Origin: a virus
Taxonomy: Duplodnaviria > Heunggongvirae > Uroviricota > Caudoviricetes
Reading direction: 5' to 3' (one strand)
IMG/VR virus record: IMGVR_UViG_3300021255_001602
Location: 1-64,000 of that record
Length of the DNA stretch: 64,000 nucleotides
The position numbers and the translations under genes are program-made. Below, piece after piece: positions 35,824-45,022 of this stretch. The first letter of the stretch is position 1, and the number at the start of each line of letters is the position of its first letter. Below the pieces are notes generated by a model. It ran no database searches, was not told the origin of the DNA, and saw only the letters and a list, made by a program, of their open reading frames with translations.

Positions 35824-37488
35824 ATGTTTATTAGTATAGATGCTTTTTATGATTATTTAGTAAATAAGGGAACCAATCTTAAATTTTCTAAAGATGAGTT
35901 TGGTGCCTCATTTGTAGCAGTCGGTCTTGAGGGATCGCTGTCTTTTAGCAATGACACGTCTAAAGATGGTCTTGTAAGGGCGCATCTGCAAGCTGCCCAT
36001 GTTGGTAAGAATAGAAATAGAAGTCAGATCACTTATAATTCTATGAAGAAGAATCTCAAGAGTATTAAGAATCGACCTATTTTAGCGTACATTCACCAGT
36101 TGGAAATCGATGGAGAAGAAAAGAATGTATTTGGTTGGCATGCAATGCATGAAGGTGATAATGGAGAAGTCGTATATGACGAGATTCCTGTTGGTCATGT
36201 TCCTGCCGATGCAAAGCCTGAATTAGTTTATGACGCTGATAATGATAAGGAATATATTGAAACTGATGCTTATCTTTATGAGGGTTATACAAAGGCACCT
36301 GACATTTTAATGGACGCCGAAGGGAAGTGCCCAGTGTCTGTTGAAATTGATGTCTATGATTTTTCATATGATGCCAAGGAAAAGATATTAAATATTGATG
36401 ATTTTGTATTTAAGGGAATCACAATTCTTGGTTATTATGAAGATGGCTCTGTAGTTGAGCCAGCTATGGAAGGTGCTAACATATCTTTATTAAATTTCAA
36501 TGTGGATAAAGCCACATTTGAGATAGATCAAAATTCTATGAAAGGAGGAAAAGATGAAATGGGCTTATTTGAGCAACTTTTAGAACAGTACAATGTAACT
36601 GCTGAAGATGTCACATTTGAGCATGAGAATCTGACAGATGAAGAGCTGAAAGCTAAATTCGAAGAGATGTTTGGTAGCGCTGAGGCCGATCCTGCTCCTG
36701 AATCGAATTTTGAAGATGAAGCTGATTCTGATTCTGCTGAAGGTGGTGAGGCTGAAGCTGACAACGAGCCTGAAGCTGAAGAGGAAGACACCGAGCCTGA
36801 AGTTGAGGAATCTGAGACTGAGCCGCAAGAAGAGACTCCAGCTGTTCAGGATGATGAACCCGTTAAGAAGGTCGAGAATTCTATTACTTACAGTGTTAAT
36901 GGCAAAGAGTTTGCTGTGTCTCTGAATGATAAGATTTATGCGCTTGGTACACTGGTAAATGATACTTACTCTGAATCTGATAATGCTTATTACAGTGTTC
37001 TTGTTTATGACAAAGAACTTGTAATGGTTGATGTATGGGCTGGTTCTGCTTATCGTCAAGCTTATAGTGAGCGTGCTGGCGTGTTCTCTCTCAAGGGTGA
37101 CAGAGTTCCTGTGCATGCAATTTATGTGACAGACACTGAAGAGGCCGAGATTGAAAATATTCGCTCTAAGTATTCTGCTGTATCTGAAGAACTGGCTAAG
37201 TATCAGAAAGCCGCTGAAGATTCCCGTAAAGAAGAGATTATTAATTCTGACGAATGGAAACTGATTTCTGATTCTGCTGAGTTTGCACAGATTAAGGAAA
37301 AGGTCACTGAATTCTCTGCTGATGAGATTCAGGCTAAATGCGATGCTCTTCTGCTCTCTTATATTAAGAATAATAGTAAGAAAGAGCATGTTTCAAAAGA
37401 TACTAATCAGCATACATTCTCTTTCTTCAGAGTTCCTGAAGGAAAGAGTGCTGAAACCAGTAAGAGATATGGAAATATCTTTGACTAA
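35824..37488 (+). CDS. putative scaffolding/prohead-protease fusion protein with extremely acidic central linker
   Basis: position between portal and capsid; central D/E-rich tract (EADPAPESNFEDEADSDSAEGGEAEADNEPEAEEEDTEPEVEESETEPQEE); coiled-coil C-terminus. Confidence 0.45.
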   Translation: MFISIDAFYDYLVNKGTNLKFSKDEFGASFVAVGLEGSLSFSNDTSKDGLVRAHLQAAHVGKNRNRSQITYNSMKKNLKSIKNRPILAYIHQLEIDGEEKNVFGWHAMHEGDNGEVVYDEIPVGHVPADAKPELVYDADNDKEYIETDAYLYEGYTKAPDILMDAEGKCPVSVEIDVYDFSYDAKEKILNIDDFVFKGITILGYYEDGSVVEPAMEGANISLLNFNVDKATFEIDQNSMKGGKDEMGLFEQLLEQYNVTAEDVTFEHENLTDEELKAKFEEMFGSAEADPAPESNFEDEADSDSAEGGEAEADNEPEAEEEDTEPEVEESETEPQEETPAVQDDEPVKKVENSITYSVNGKEFAVSLNDKIYALGTLVNDTYSESDNAYYSVLVYDKELVMVDVWAGSAYRQAYSERAGVFSLKGDRVPVHAIYVTDTEEAEIENIRSKYSAVSEELAKYQKAAEDSRKEEIINSDEWKLISDSAEFAQIKEKVTEFSADEIQAKCDALLLSYIKNNSKKEHVSKDTNQHTFSFFRVPEGKSAETSKRYGNIFD

Positions 37489-37523
37489 TTTAAATTAAAT
37501 TTATAGAAAGGAGATTTAAAGCT

Positions 37524-37991
37524 ATGATTGATATTGCTTTCACTTTTACACACAATGAAGCGTTCCCCTCTAGGCTGCTTGCGGCTAATGGCGGTGGACA
37601 TATTTTTGATATCGAGCTGACTGCTGATCATGACAATGGCGTTCTGGTTGGTCGTGGTGAATATATTAAGCTTGGTACTTACAAAGAAGCGGCTGCTCCT
37701 AATACTTTTGCAGGTAAGATTGTTGAGCAGGCTGCTAATGGTAATTGGTATGTTGAGGTTACTGATGCTACAGAGGCACTTTGGATTCTGATGCCTGAGA
37801 TTTCCCCTTATGAGGCTATTCCTCAGACCCTTGACCCTAAGGCATGGGTGAACAAAAAGGGTGACGTGGTTAAGGGTTATTCTCTGGTTAAGGGCGATAT
37901 CTTTGAGATGTCTGTTGAGGGATTCCAAGGCGAACCCGCTGTTGGCAAGGCAGTTTCTTTTGCAGACGGCAAGTATGTCGTTGCAGCGTAA
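37524..37991 (+). CDS. hypothetical capsid-associated protein (decoration/scaffold candidate)
   Basis: 155 aa immediately upstream of the capsid gene. Confidence 0.4.
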   Translation: MIDIAFTFTHNEAFPSRLLAANGGGHIFDIELTADHDNGVLVGRGEYIKLGTYKEAAAPNTFAGKIVEQAANGNWYVEVTDATEALWILMPEISPYEAIPQTLDPKAWVNKKGDVVKGYSLVKGDIFEMSVEGFQGEPAVGKAVSFADGKYVVAA

Positions 37992-38018
37992 TAGACTAAG
38001 AAAGGAGGATAAAGCGAT

Positions 38019-39122
38019 ATGATTAAGGTATTTTCTACAGAACATCTGAGAAGCATCTTTGCGGAGACTCCTTATGAGTCTGTTCGTAATCTGATGTTTG
38101 ATCTTGCTATGGGTAATGATATTGTTGATGATGGCAAGATTATTGGCAAGCAGGAAGCTAATGACAAGCTGAGAAAGTTTGTTTATCAGATTCTTGACAT
38201 TCATGAAGAGAAGCCCTCTAAACGCACTCTGCATCGTGCAATGCGTAAGCATGGTGAAGAGCTGTTTGAGGTTATCGAGGAAGTTGTTGACCTGAAGATT
38301 GAGGAAGGACTTCGTGAGAATGATTTCTTCATGCAGTATGTTGACAGACGTTCCATCGCTAATGATGACGTTATTGAGTTCGTGACTAATGATGATACTC
38401 TGCTGAGTGTTGCTAAGGTTTCTGGTCAGCATCATGATTTCGTGCTTCAGAGACTTGGCAGAGGTGAAAGATTTACTGTTAAACAGGAAGTCTATGGTGC
38501 TGCTGTTGGTGCTCAGATTGACCGTTATCTTGTAGGTCAGGATGATTGGGCTGCTCTGGTTAATGCTGTTGCTAAGGCATTCCAGAATGAACTTATTAAT
38601 CAGATTTATGCTGCTTTTGGCGATGCATATAAGAAGCTTCCCGCTTCTCCTACTCTGATTGGTAATAATACTCTGGTTAAGGACACCTTTGATGAGATCA
38701 TTTCTAATGTTGAAGCTATCAATGGTTGCCCCGCTGTTATTGTTGGTACAAAGACTGCTCTGAAGAAGCTGAATGCTCTGACTGATGTTGATTGGAGAGC
38801 ACAGTCTCAGAAGGAAAGCGTTGCCAATACTGGTAGGCTGGGTACTTATGAGGGTACTGAACTGGTTGAGATTCCTCAGCGTTTCCTTGACAAGACCCTG
38901 ACTCAGAAAGCTTTTGATGATAAGATTCTGCTTATTCTGCCCGTTATGGAAGATAAGTTTGTCAAGGTTGTTGATCAGGGTGAGACCGAGATTTATCAGG
39001 TCACCGAGAAGGGTGAAGAGAACGGTCGTTGGGATGATGTTATGAAGTATGAAATGACCCGTGGCTTCGGTGTCGGCGTCCAGCTTGGTCGCTACTTCGG
39101 TATGTGGACTCTTCCCGCTTGA
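38019..39122 (+). CDS. major capsid protein (candidate)
   Basis: 367 aa, position after scaffold, strong RBS AAAGGAGGA, terminal ...FGVGVQLGRYFGMWTLPA; composition consistent with HK97-fold MCP. Confidence 0.55.
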   Translation: MIKVFSTEHLRSIFAETPYESVRNLMFDLAMGNDIVDDGKIIGKQEANDKLRKFVYQILDIHEEKPSKRTLHRAMRKHGEELFEVIEEVVDLKIEEGLRENDFFMQYVDRRSIANDDVIEFVTNDDTLLSVAKVSGQHHDFVLQRLGRGERFTVKQEVYGAAVGAQIDRYLVGQDDWAALVNAVAKAFQNELINQIYAAFGDAYKKLPASPTLIGNNTLVKDTFDEIISNVEAINGCPAVIVGTKTALKKLNALTDVDWRAQSQKESVANTGRLGTYEGTELVEIPQRFLDKTLTQKAFDDKILLILPVMEDKFVKVVDQGETEIYQVTEKGEENGRWDDVMKYEMTRGFGVGVQLGRYFGMWTLPA

Positions 39123-39159
39123 TAAAATTAATTTTATGGAATAAAAGGAGTAAATAATT

Positions 39160-39726
39160 ATGGCTAGAAGTGCTAAAAGAACGCAGGTCATACCTGCACC
39201 TACTATTGCTGAGAATGTTGTGATTGAACCAGAGGTTAAAGAAACAGCCCAGAAGAAGAAGTTTGCATCTGATGATAGGATTCCTTGCAAGGCTATTCTT
39301 ACTGGTAAGACGCATCTTCTTGGTAAAAGAACTAATATGATTTACACATTTTTAGGTATGGGCGATATCATTGGGATTGAATATCAGGATTTGGTTGCTG
39401 AAGTGCGTGCTGGAACCAGTCTGTTGTTCCGTCCTATGATTGTTGTCGAGGATCAGGATTTTATTGATGAGTTTCCTAAACTGAAAGAATTTTACACAAA
39501 ACTTTATCCGGTATCGGATTTGAGGGAATTGCTTCAAAGACCGACAAGGGAAATTCAGGCTATTATTCCTAACCTACCTATTGGTGTTGTAGACAGTCTT
39601 AAAAGCATCGCTGCTGAAATGGTCAGGAATGGTGAACTTGACAGTATTTCCACTATTAGAGCCTTGGATGGCATGTGGGGAACTGACTTGGCGATTCTGA
39701 CTGGACTGAATAGTGATGTACAGTAA
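39160..39726 (+). CDS. hypothetical head-tail connector region protein 1
   Basis: 188 aa, RBS AAAGGAG. Confidence 0.4.
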   Translation: MARSAKRTQVIPAPTIAENVVIEPEVKETAQKKKFASDDRIPCKAILTGKTHLLGKRTNMIYTFLGMGDIIGIEYQDLVAEVRAGTSLLFRPMIVVEDQDFIDEFPKLKEFYTKLYPVSDLRELLQRPTREIQAIIPNLPIGVVDSLKSIAAEMVRNGELDSISTIRALDGMWGTDLAILTGLNSDVQ

Positions 39727-39746
39727 GTAAATAGGAGGTAACTAAC

Positions 39747-40313
39747 ATGCCTACTATTACATACGATGAATTGATCTCCTCCTTTCTTCGGAAGGGGGAG
39801 ATTTTAAATCTGTTTACAGAAGAGATTACTGACGAGTACAGAAATGAATTTTTATGGGGTTTGATTTATTCCAGCCTTAGTGATCCGTATGTAAGCAGAT
39901 TGTTTAACAGTCTTTCTATCGTAGACCCAACTGAACAGTTGGACGAAGATGGAGAGATTGTAATAGATGAAGAAACAGGTGAGCCTGTTATTATTGAAGG
40001 ACATATTGAATATGAATTGGTGAGACCTATTAATGAAAGCTTGGATAAATTATTTATTATGGATGTAGTTGGATATGGAATGATTGTCCAGTGGATGACT
40101 CCTTTGGTGTTTAGCACTGTAAATCTGATGCAGATGTATGGTACGAGCGCTGAGAAATTTTATGCACAAGCTAATCATAATTCCGTTAATAATGAAATCC
40201 TTGATAAGGCTATTTATCTGCAAAGAAAACTTATCAGAGATAGAGGACTTACAAATAATTCATATATTGATGGTTCTTCAGCTTCATCGTTCCTTAGAGG
40301 AGGTGAATCCTAA
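39747..40313 (+). CDS. hypothetical head-tail connector region protein 2
   Basis: 188 aa, RBS TAGGAGG. Confidence 0.4.
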   Translation: MPTITYDELISSFLRKGEILNLFTEEITDEYRNEFLWGLIYSSLSDPYVSRLFNSLSIVDPTEQLDEDGEIVIDEETGEPVIIEGHIEYELVRPINESLDKLFIMDVVGYGMIVQWMTPLVFSTVNLMQMYGTSAEKFYAQANHNSVNNEILDKAIYLQRKLIRDRGLTNNSYIDGSSASSFLRGGES

Positions 40314-40645
40314 TGGAATACCTCTATGGAACATTCAGTGATTCCCAAATTGCTGATTTTAAAGAAAAACTCCATAAAAAATTATTTTGGCTATTACTCT
40401 ATAAAGACCCTAAAACAGCAGATAAATATACAAATGTAGATTTCAAAAAGTATTTTGTGAATCTAATGAAAGAGATAGACGGATTGAACGAATTACTTTT
40501 CTATCCTGAACCCATTGTAGAGATTTGTTGTAAACTGCAAGCCGCTTATAACGAAGCATGTTCTGAGCGGTTTGATTATCAAGTATATAGAAAGTTTGTG
40601 TTAGACTCGCATAATTTAGTGGATAAAATTAATTCAAAGGATTGA
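40313..40645 (+). CDS. hypothetical head-tail connector region protein 3
   Basis: ATG overlapping upstream stop. Confidence 0.4.
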   Translation: MEYLYGTFSDSQIADFKEKLHKKLFWLLLYKDPKTADKYTNVDFKKYFVNLMKEIDGLNELLFYPEPIVEICCKLQAAYNEACSERFDYQVYRKFVLDSHNLVDKINSKD

Positions 40646-40651
40646 TGCGGT

Positions 40652-41917
40652 TTGATTACACAAGATATGTATAAATCAATGTTGACCAGTAGAGGTAGGA
40701 ATTTGTCACAGGCTAGACGGAATCAGTCAGATATGATCATGAATGCTACCTTTACTGGTGATACAGGATACAAACGAGTATATATACTTGATCCTGAAAG
40801 AGGATGGCATTATGAAGATGCTAAATATTCTAAACACGCAACAGTGTCGATTTTAAAAGATGCTGTTGACTATTATCTTCAGTTTAGACCTAATACTCAT
40901 TATCAAATAGGATTATATGTATTTATACCTGATGACGTGAGTGATGATATTGGGTTTAAAGAATTTGAGCCTATTGATCCATTTCAAGATGAAGGGTTCG
41001 ATATGAATAAGCTGTGGATGATTGTTAATAAAAATGATGATGCACAGTTTGTTAGATATAATATTTTAAAGTGTAATTGGGATTTTAGATGGATATGCAA
41101 AGTCCATGGTAAGATGGAGTTAATGCATATTATCGGGTGTAGCAGGAACGCTAACTCATACACGAGTGGTATTTGGGCTGCTGATTATACAGTTGGTCTT
41201 GATAACATTACAAGTGGCTGGGTGCCTGATACTCATTATCTTTATGGTGATGAGGGACTTAAACGCTTCAATCTTTGTGACACTCGATATATGGAGCATG
41301 AACAGCGTTTTGTTATGTCTCATAATAAAATAAATCCTAAAGTTTATGAAATTACGAAAGTAGTTGACCTTAATCCTATGGGTGTTATTAACTTAACTCT
41401 CAAGCAGGATGAATGGGATGAAAAGCGTGATAACAAAGAACTGTTGATTTGTAACTATTATGATGATACAGGCGAAACGCAAATTGTTATTCCAGAAGCT
41501 GAACCTCAAGATACTACTTTAACCAGTTATATTTACACAGCTCATATCAATGAAGATGGCGAGTTAGAATTAGATTTAGTCGATCAGGAAACTAGAGATA
41601 GAGATTATAACAAATTAGAAATCAATGGAACGTATTATTTTGTGGCTGAATACTATACAGGAACCGTTGGTGGGGAACAGGTAATTGAACCTGAAAGGAA
41701 ATCAGAATGGAAGCTTAATTTAAAAGATACTGATGGATTAACAGATGCTGAAATTAAACACTTAGATAATATGATGGTAATGGAGACAATAGATGATAAT
41801 GTTATATCCATTCATCCTAAGCGTGCGAAGACGTTAATCGGTCATACTTTTACGCTTACTGTTACTGATATGACAGGCGAAAGTCGCTCTACCATGGATG
41901 TGGAGGTAATAGGATGA
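40652..41917 (+). CDS. hypothetical structural protein with C-terminal Ig-like (Big_2-like) domain
   Basis: C-terminal TLIGHTFTLTVTDMTGESRSTMDVEVIG resembles bacterial Ig-like domain seen on virion surface proteins. Confidence 0.45.
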   Translation: MITQDMYKSMLTSRGRNLSQARRNQSDMIMNATFTGDTGYKRVYILDPERGWHYEDAKYSKHATVSILKDAVDYYLQFRPNTHYQIGLYVFIPDDVSDDIGFKEFEPIDPFQDEGFDMNKLWMIVNKNDDAQFVRYNILKCNWDFRWICKVHGKMELMHIIGCSRNANSYTSGIWAADYTVGLDNITSGWVPDTHYLYGDEGLKRFNLCDTRYMEHEQRFVMSHNKINPKVYEITKVVDLNPMGVINLTLKQDEWDEKRDNKELLICNYYDDTGETQIVIPEAEPQDTTLTSYIYTAHINEDGELELDLVDQETRDRDYNKLEINGTYYFVAEYYTGTVGGEQVIEPERKSEWKLNLKDTDGLTDAEIKHLDNMMVMETIDDNVISIHPKRAKTLIGHTFTLTVTDMTGESRSTMDVEVIG

Positions 41918-42537
41918 AAAGAGATATAGCCAATATAAAACGAGATTTGGATAATCGTAATAGTAATGACATAATTTATAAAAAAGATCAGCTTATGAAA
42001 GTATTTAACGAAGACCCAGATCTCAAAGAGGTATTAGGTGCTAAACAACCTAAGCCTCTGAATAAATACAGGGATAAAGATAATCCCACAGAAGAAGAAT
42101 TAAAGAAACGTCAGGAAATATTAGATTACAATGAAGCGATTAAGCATGATCAGATTGTGCCTTGGATTAAGTTAAATGGGGTACAGAAGGAAGTGCTTAA
42201 TTTTATTATGTTTGATATATGGGATCAGACAGATAGATATGATCGTGGTGGTAAAGCTGTTAAAAATGAACTTATCGAAGTATATTGTGTTGTTCACGAA
42301 GATGATATGGATACTGAATATGGTATCGCACGCACTGACCTGCTGAGTTATATCATTCGTGACCTGTTGTGTTGGACAAATGCATTAGGGAGGCAACTTA
42401 GATGTTATGAAGATAAGCCTATGATTATTGATGCACAATATTATATCCGTAGAATGAGATTCTTTATGAAAGCGCCTAATGTCGTCAATGGGCATATGGG
42501 CACGAATAATATTTACGATGACTTCAGTCAATTCTAA
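41914..42537 (+). CDS. hypothetical head-tail joining protein
   Basis: ATGA overlap. Confidence 0.4.
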   Translation: MKRDIANIKRDLDNRNSNDIIYKKDQLMKVFNEDPDLKEVLGAKQPKPLNKYRDKDNPTEEELKKRQEILDYNEAIKHDQIVPWIKLNGVQKEVLNFIMFDIWDQTDRYDRGGKAVKNELIEVYCVVHEDDMDTEYGIARTDLLSYIIRDLLCWTNALGRQLRCYEDKPMIIDAQYYIRRMRFFMKAPNVVNGHMGTNNIYDDFSQF

Positions 42538-43369
42538 TATTACTCAGCTTCAATTGTTCTACGGAGATGATTATGTCGTTAATGATTTCATTACTATTCA
42601 TCAGCCTACTATTGGGGATATTTTGGAATACGATAAACAATATGGTGAATTCAGTTTCTGGACGATGCTGAACGTGTTTACAGCTAATCCTACTAGTTAT
42701 CGCTTGTTCCTTTGGAAAGACATGAATATTGATTGGACTTTTTTAAATGATTATCAGTTGTTTTTAATTCTTTACAGGACTCTGAGTATAGAGCAGACCC
42801 GATTGATTTTTGGAGACTTGGACTTTTCTAAGTTCGAAATATATACTCTGCCTGAAGAAGAATGGACAAATATTGATGAAAAAGGAATTACAGATATTAT
42901 CAAAGTCTTACGAAATTCGACCCTCTATAATCCTGAATTGAAATTTGAGTTAGATGAAGATAGTTACAATGTAATTGTTTATTATTTAAGAAGTGCTTTT
43001 AATATGTTTCCTAAAATAGAAAAAGCAAAGGATCGTACTACTAAAGAATGGATGATTGAAGAAGAGGAAATGAAATTAAATGCTAAAAAAGATGAAGAAA
43101 CAAGTTCTACATCTTATCTTCTACCACTAATATCTGGCTGTATAAATCATCCCGGTTTCAAGTATAACAAACAAGAATTAAAAAACGTAAACTATTATGA
43201 ATTTATGGACAGTGTGCAAAGATTGCAAATCATTGAATCTACAAGTGCTTTGTTACACGGTTCGTATTCAGGTTTTGCTGATGTTTCTAAAGTAGATAAA
43301 GAGCAATTCAACTTCATGCGTGAGATTAAACATGAATATGATAGGGGAATTGCTAAAAATAAAAAATAA
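42479..43369 (+). CDS. hypothetical tail-completion region protein
   Basis: 296 aa ORF immediately upstream of the major tail protein locus. Confidence 0.45.
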   Translation: MSSMGIWARIIFTMTSVNSNITQLQLFYGDDYVVNDFITIHQPTIGDILEYDKQYGEFSFWTMLNVFTANPTSYRLFLWKDMNIDWTFLNDYQLFLILYRTLSIEQTRLIFGDLDFSKFEIYTLPEEEWTNIDEKGITDIIKVLRNSTLYNPELKFELDEDSYNVIVYYLRSAFNMFPKIEKAKDRTTKEWMIEEEEMKLNAKKDEETSSTSYLLPLISGCINHPGFKYNKQELKNVNYYEFMDSVQRLQIIESTSALLHGSYSGFADVSKVDKEQFNFMREIKHEYDRGIAKNKK

Positions 43370-43390
43370 CAAGAAAGGAAGGTAATTGCT

Positions 43391-43409
43391 ATGGCTTTTA
43401 AACTTGGTT
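43391..43409 (+). CDS. proposed exon 1 of major tail protein (MAFKLG..)
   Basis: good RBS GAAAGGAAGG 9 nt upstream of ATG 43391, but reading frame stops after 7 codons; downstream MTP body has no RBS of its own. Confidence 0.35.
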
Positions 43410-43777
43410 ATTAAATAGCCACTTTATACGGTAACGTATATCGCTTATGTTGGTGAACATATATTTATATGGTGTGTAATTCACTTTTGGAATCGTAGGA
43501 AATGACGATGAAGAATTATGCTAACAGGGGAAGCCTAAGTTGTTTTAGCGTAGACAATATGGTAATCCTGTGCCAAGCCTATTTATATAGGAAGGTCAAA
43601 CGATCATCCCGAAGGCAGTGAAATTCTGCAACAGGAGTAGGGCTAAGTGAAATTCTTAGTGGGTGAGAATCCCTTAAATCGAAGTGCCAACTATCCATTA
43701 TAATAAATGGATAAAGATATGATCTATTCCCTAATAAATATTACGAAAGTAAGGGTGTATAAAGGATTTAATTATTG
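43410..43777 (+). mobile_element. candidate group I intron 1 in major tail protein gene (no ORF)
   Basis: P-like CAGGGGAAGCCTAAG ~43524, Q-like GGTAATCCTG ~43561, R-like GGTCAAACGATCATCCCG ~43590, block AGTGGGTGAGAATCCCTTAAAT 43658-43679, S-like AAGATATGATC ~43707; 19-nt exon ending in U plus omega-G at 43777 restores frame. Confidence 0.55.
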
Positions 43778-44400
43778 ATAGAATTTCCATGGGTTATGCC
43801 GAGAAATTTGATGGCACACCTCTTTATGTCCTGACTCAGCTTTCTGAGGCTTCTATTGAGATTTCTGCAGAGTCTCGTGACGCTGTTGATAAGGACGGTA
43901 CGCTGATTAAGCGTTTCTGGAACGCAAAAACTGGTGAGTTTACTGCGACTAACGCAATGCTCAACCTGAACGTTATGGCAGCTCAGTCTGGTAACGATGC
44001 TAATATCGCTACTGCTGATAATGTTATTGTCATGCCTAAGATTATCACTGTTAAGAGTGGTACTACTGTCGATCTGGAGGGCTTTGTTACTGGTAATCGT
44101 ATCAGTGTGAATGCTCTGGGTACCAATGGTGCTATGGGTAAGGCTTATACTCAGGGTACTGCTGCTTCTGCGACTGAGTTTGGTCTGAATGGTACTAAAC
44201 TGACTCCTCCTACAGATACAACTGAGGCTCAGTATGTTGTTAAATATGATCGTCAGGTTACTGAGGGTGTTGATATTCTTAACTCTGCTGACAAGTTCCC
44301 GGCTACTGTTCGTCTGACTCTCAAGGGTCTCTGTGTCGATCCCTGTGAGGCCGATGTGCTGCGCGCTTTGTCGCATATTTATAATGATTTTTTCGTTTAT
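43778..44400 (+). CDS. major tail protein, exon 2 (ORF track 43789..44409)
   Basis: KFDGTPLYVLTQLSEASIEISAESRDAVDKDG... typical of Firmicute siphovirus major tail proteins; no SD upstream of its ATG; exon boundaries approximate. Confidence 0.6.
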
Positions 44401-44700
44401 AATATGTAAATGACGATTATAGAGTAATCTATATACACTTGCACATCGTTAAAATAAAATAAGTGTCAATAACAGCTATATCAGGGGAAGCCCAGAGATG
44501 GGTAATCCTGAGGAAAGACTTGGTAATATTATCAAGAATCCGCAACGACTACAGGATAAGACAACCAATTGTTTTATCGAAGCTGTTGCCCACAAGAATG
44601 ATGTGGGATGATATATAGTCTGAACTCACGCAATAATCTAAATAAGAAACGTGAGAGATAGGTAGAAATTCCTATCCGCTATAGTAATATAGTCAGTACC
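44401..44700 (+). mobile_element. candidate group I intron 2 in major tail protein gene (no ORF)
   Basis: P-like CAGGGGAAGCCCAGAG 44482, Q-like GGGTAATCCTG 44500, S-like GATATATAGTCTG ~44612; same P/Q pattern as intron 1. Confidence 0.5.
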
Positions 44701-44894
44701 CAATAAGCACTGGGGAAAGTAACAGTTTGGTTTACATCGTGCTTCCGTCCTTCCAGCCTAGCCCTGAGACCACTATCGCTCTGAATAGTGATAATCCTAC
44801 TCTGGACTTCAACGGCAGCTTGCAGGTTGACTACTGCTCGACTGATAAGGCACTGTATCATGTTTACTATGCAACAGCTGATGCTGAGCAGTAA
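44701..44894 (+). CDS. major tail protein, exon 3 (C-terminal ...LVYIVLPSFQPSPETTIALNSDNPTLDFNGSLQVDYCSTDKALYHVYYATADAEQ*)
   Basis: stop-free, protein-like frame (open from 44688) ending TAA 44892-44894, not preceded by any start codon/RBS; start approximate. Confidence 0.5.
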
Positions 44895-44897
44895 TAC

Positions 44898-44925
44898 TTG
44901 ACACATGTCTTTTACATGTTATAAT
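44898..44925 (+). promoter_or_regulatory. consensus-like promoter TTGACA-16-TATAAT with ACATGT...ACATGT symmetric spacer
   Basis: perfect -35 and -10 hexamers 4 nt after the MTP stop codon. Confidence 0.5.
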
Positions 44926-44941
44926 TAAATATAACTAATGG

Positions 44942-44976
44942 CATGGTGGGTGTCACAGCCCACCATGTTTTTATTT
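44942..44976 (+). terminator. strong intrinsic terminator (CATGGTGGGT/GCCCACCATG 10-bp stem, TTTTTATTT)
   Basis: GC-rich hairpin plus T-run only ~16 nt downstream of the promoter -10. Confidence 0.7.
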
Positions 44977-45022
44977 CAGAGTTTCAGGGAGGAAGAAGGG
45001 AAAATGTGAAAAGGAGTATTAT

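Noticed and set aside
36580-37389. 269-aa minus-strand ORF and the 84-aa/87-aa ORFs inside the scaffold gene
   Set aside because: Antisense or alternative frames of the acidic and coiled-coil region. Repetitive composition mirrors the sense strand. No translation signals.
37485-39290. 601-aa minus-strand ORF spanning the capsid-associated and major capsid genes
   Set aside because: It exactly overlaps well-supported + strand genes with good RBSs. Its translation is low-complexity L/I/S/N-rich, typical of the antisense frame of AT-rich coding DNA. It has no RBS, and no other gene in the window is on the minus strand.
44679-44906. 75-aa minus-strand ORF in the MTP exon 3 region
   Set aside because: It is opposite a frame whose + strand translation is a convincing MTP C-terminus. 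Antisense artefact.
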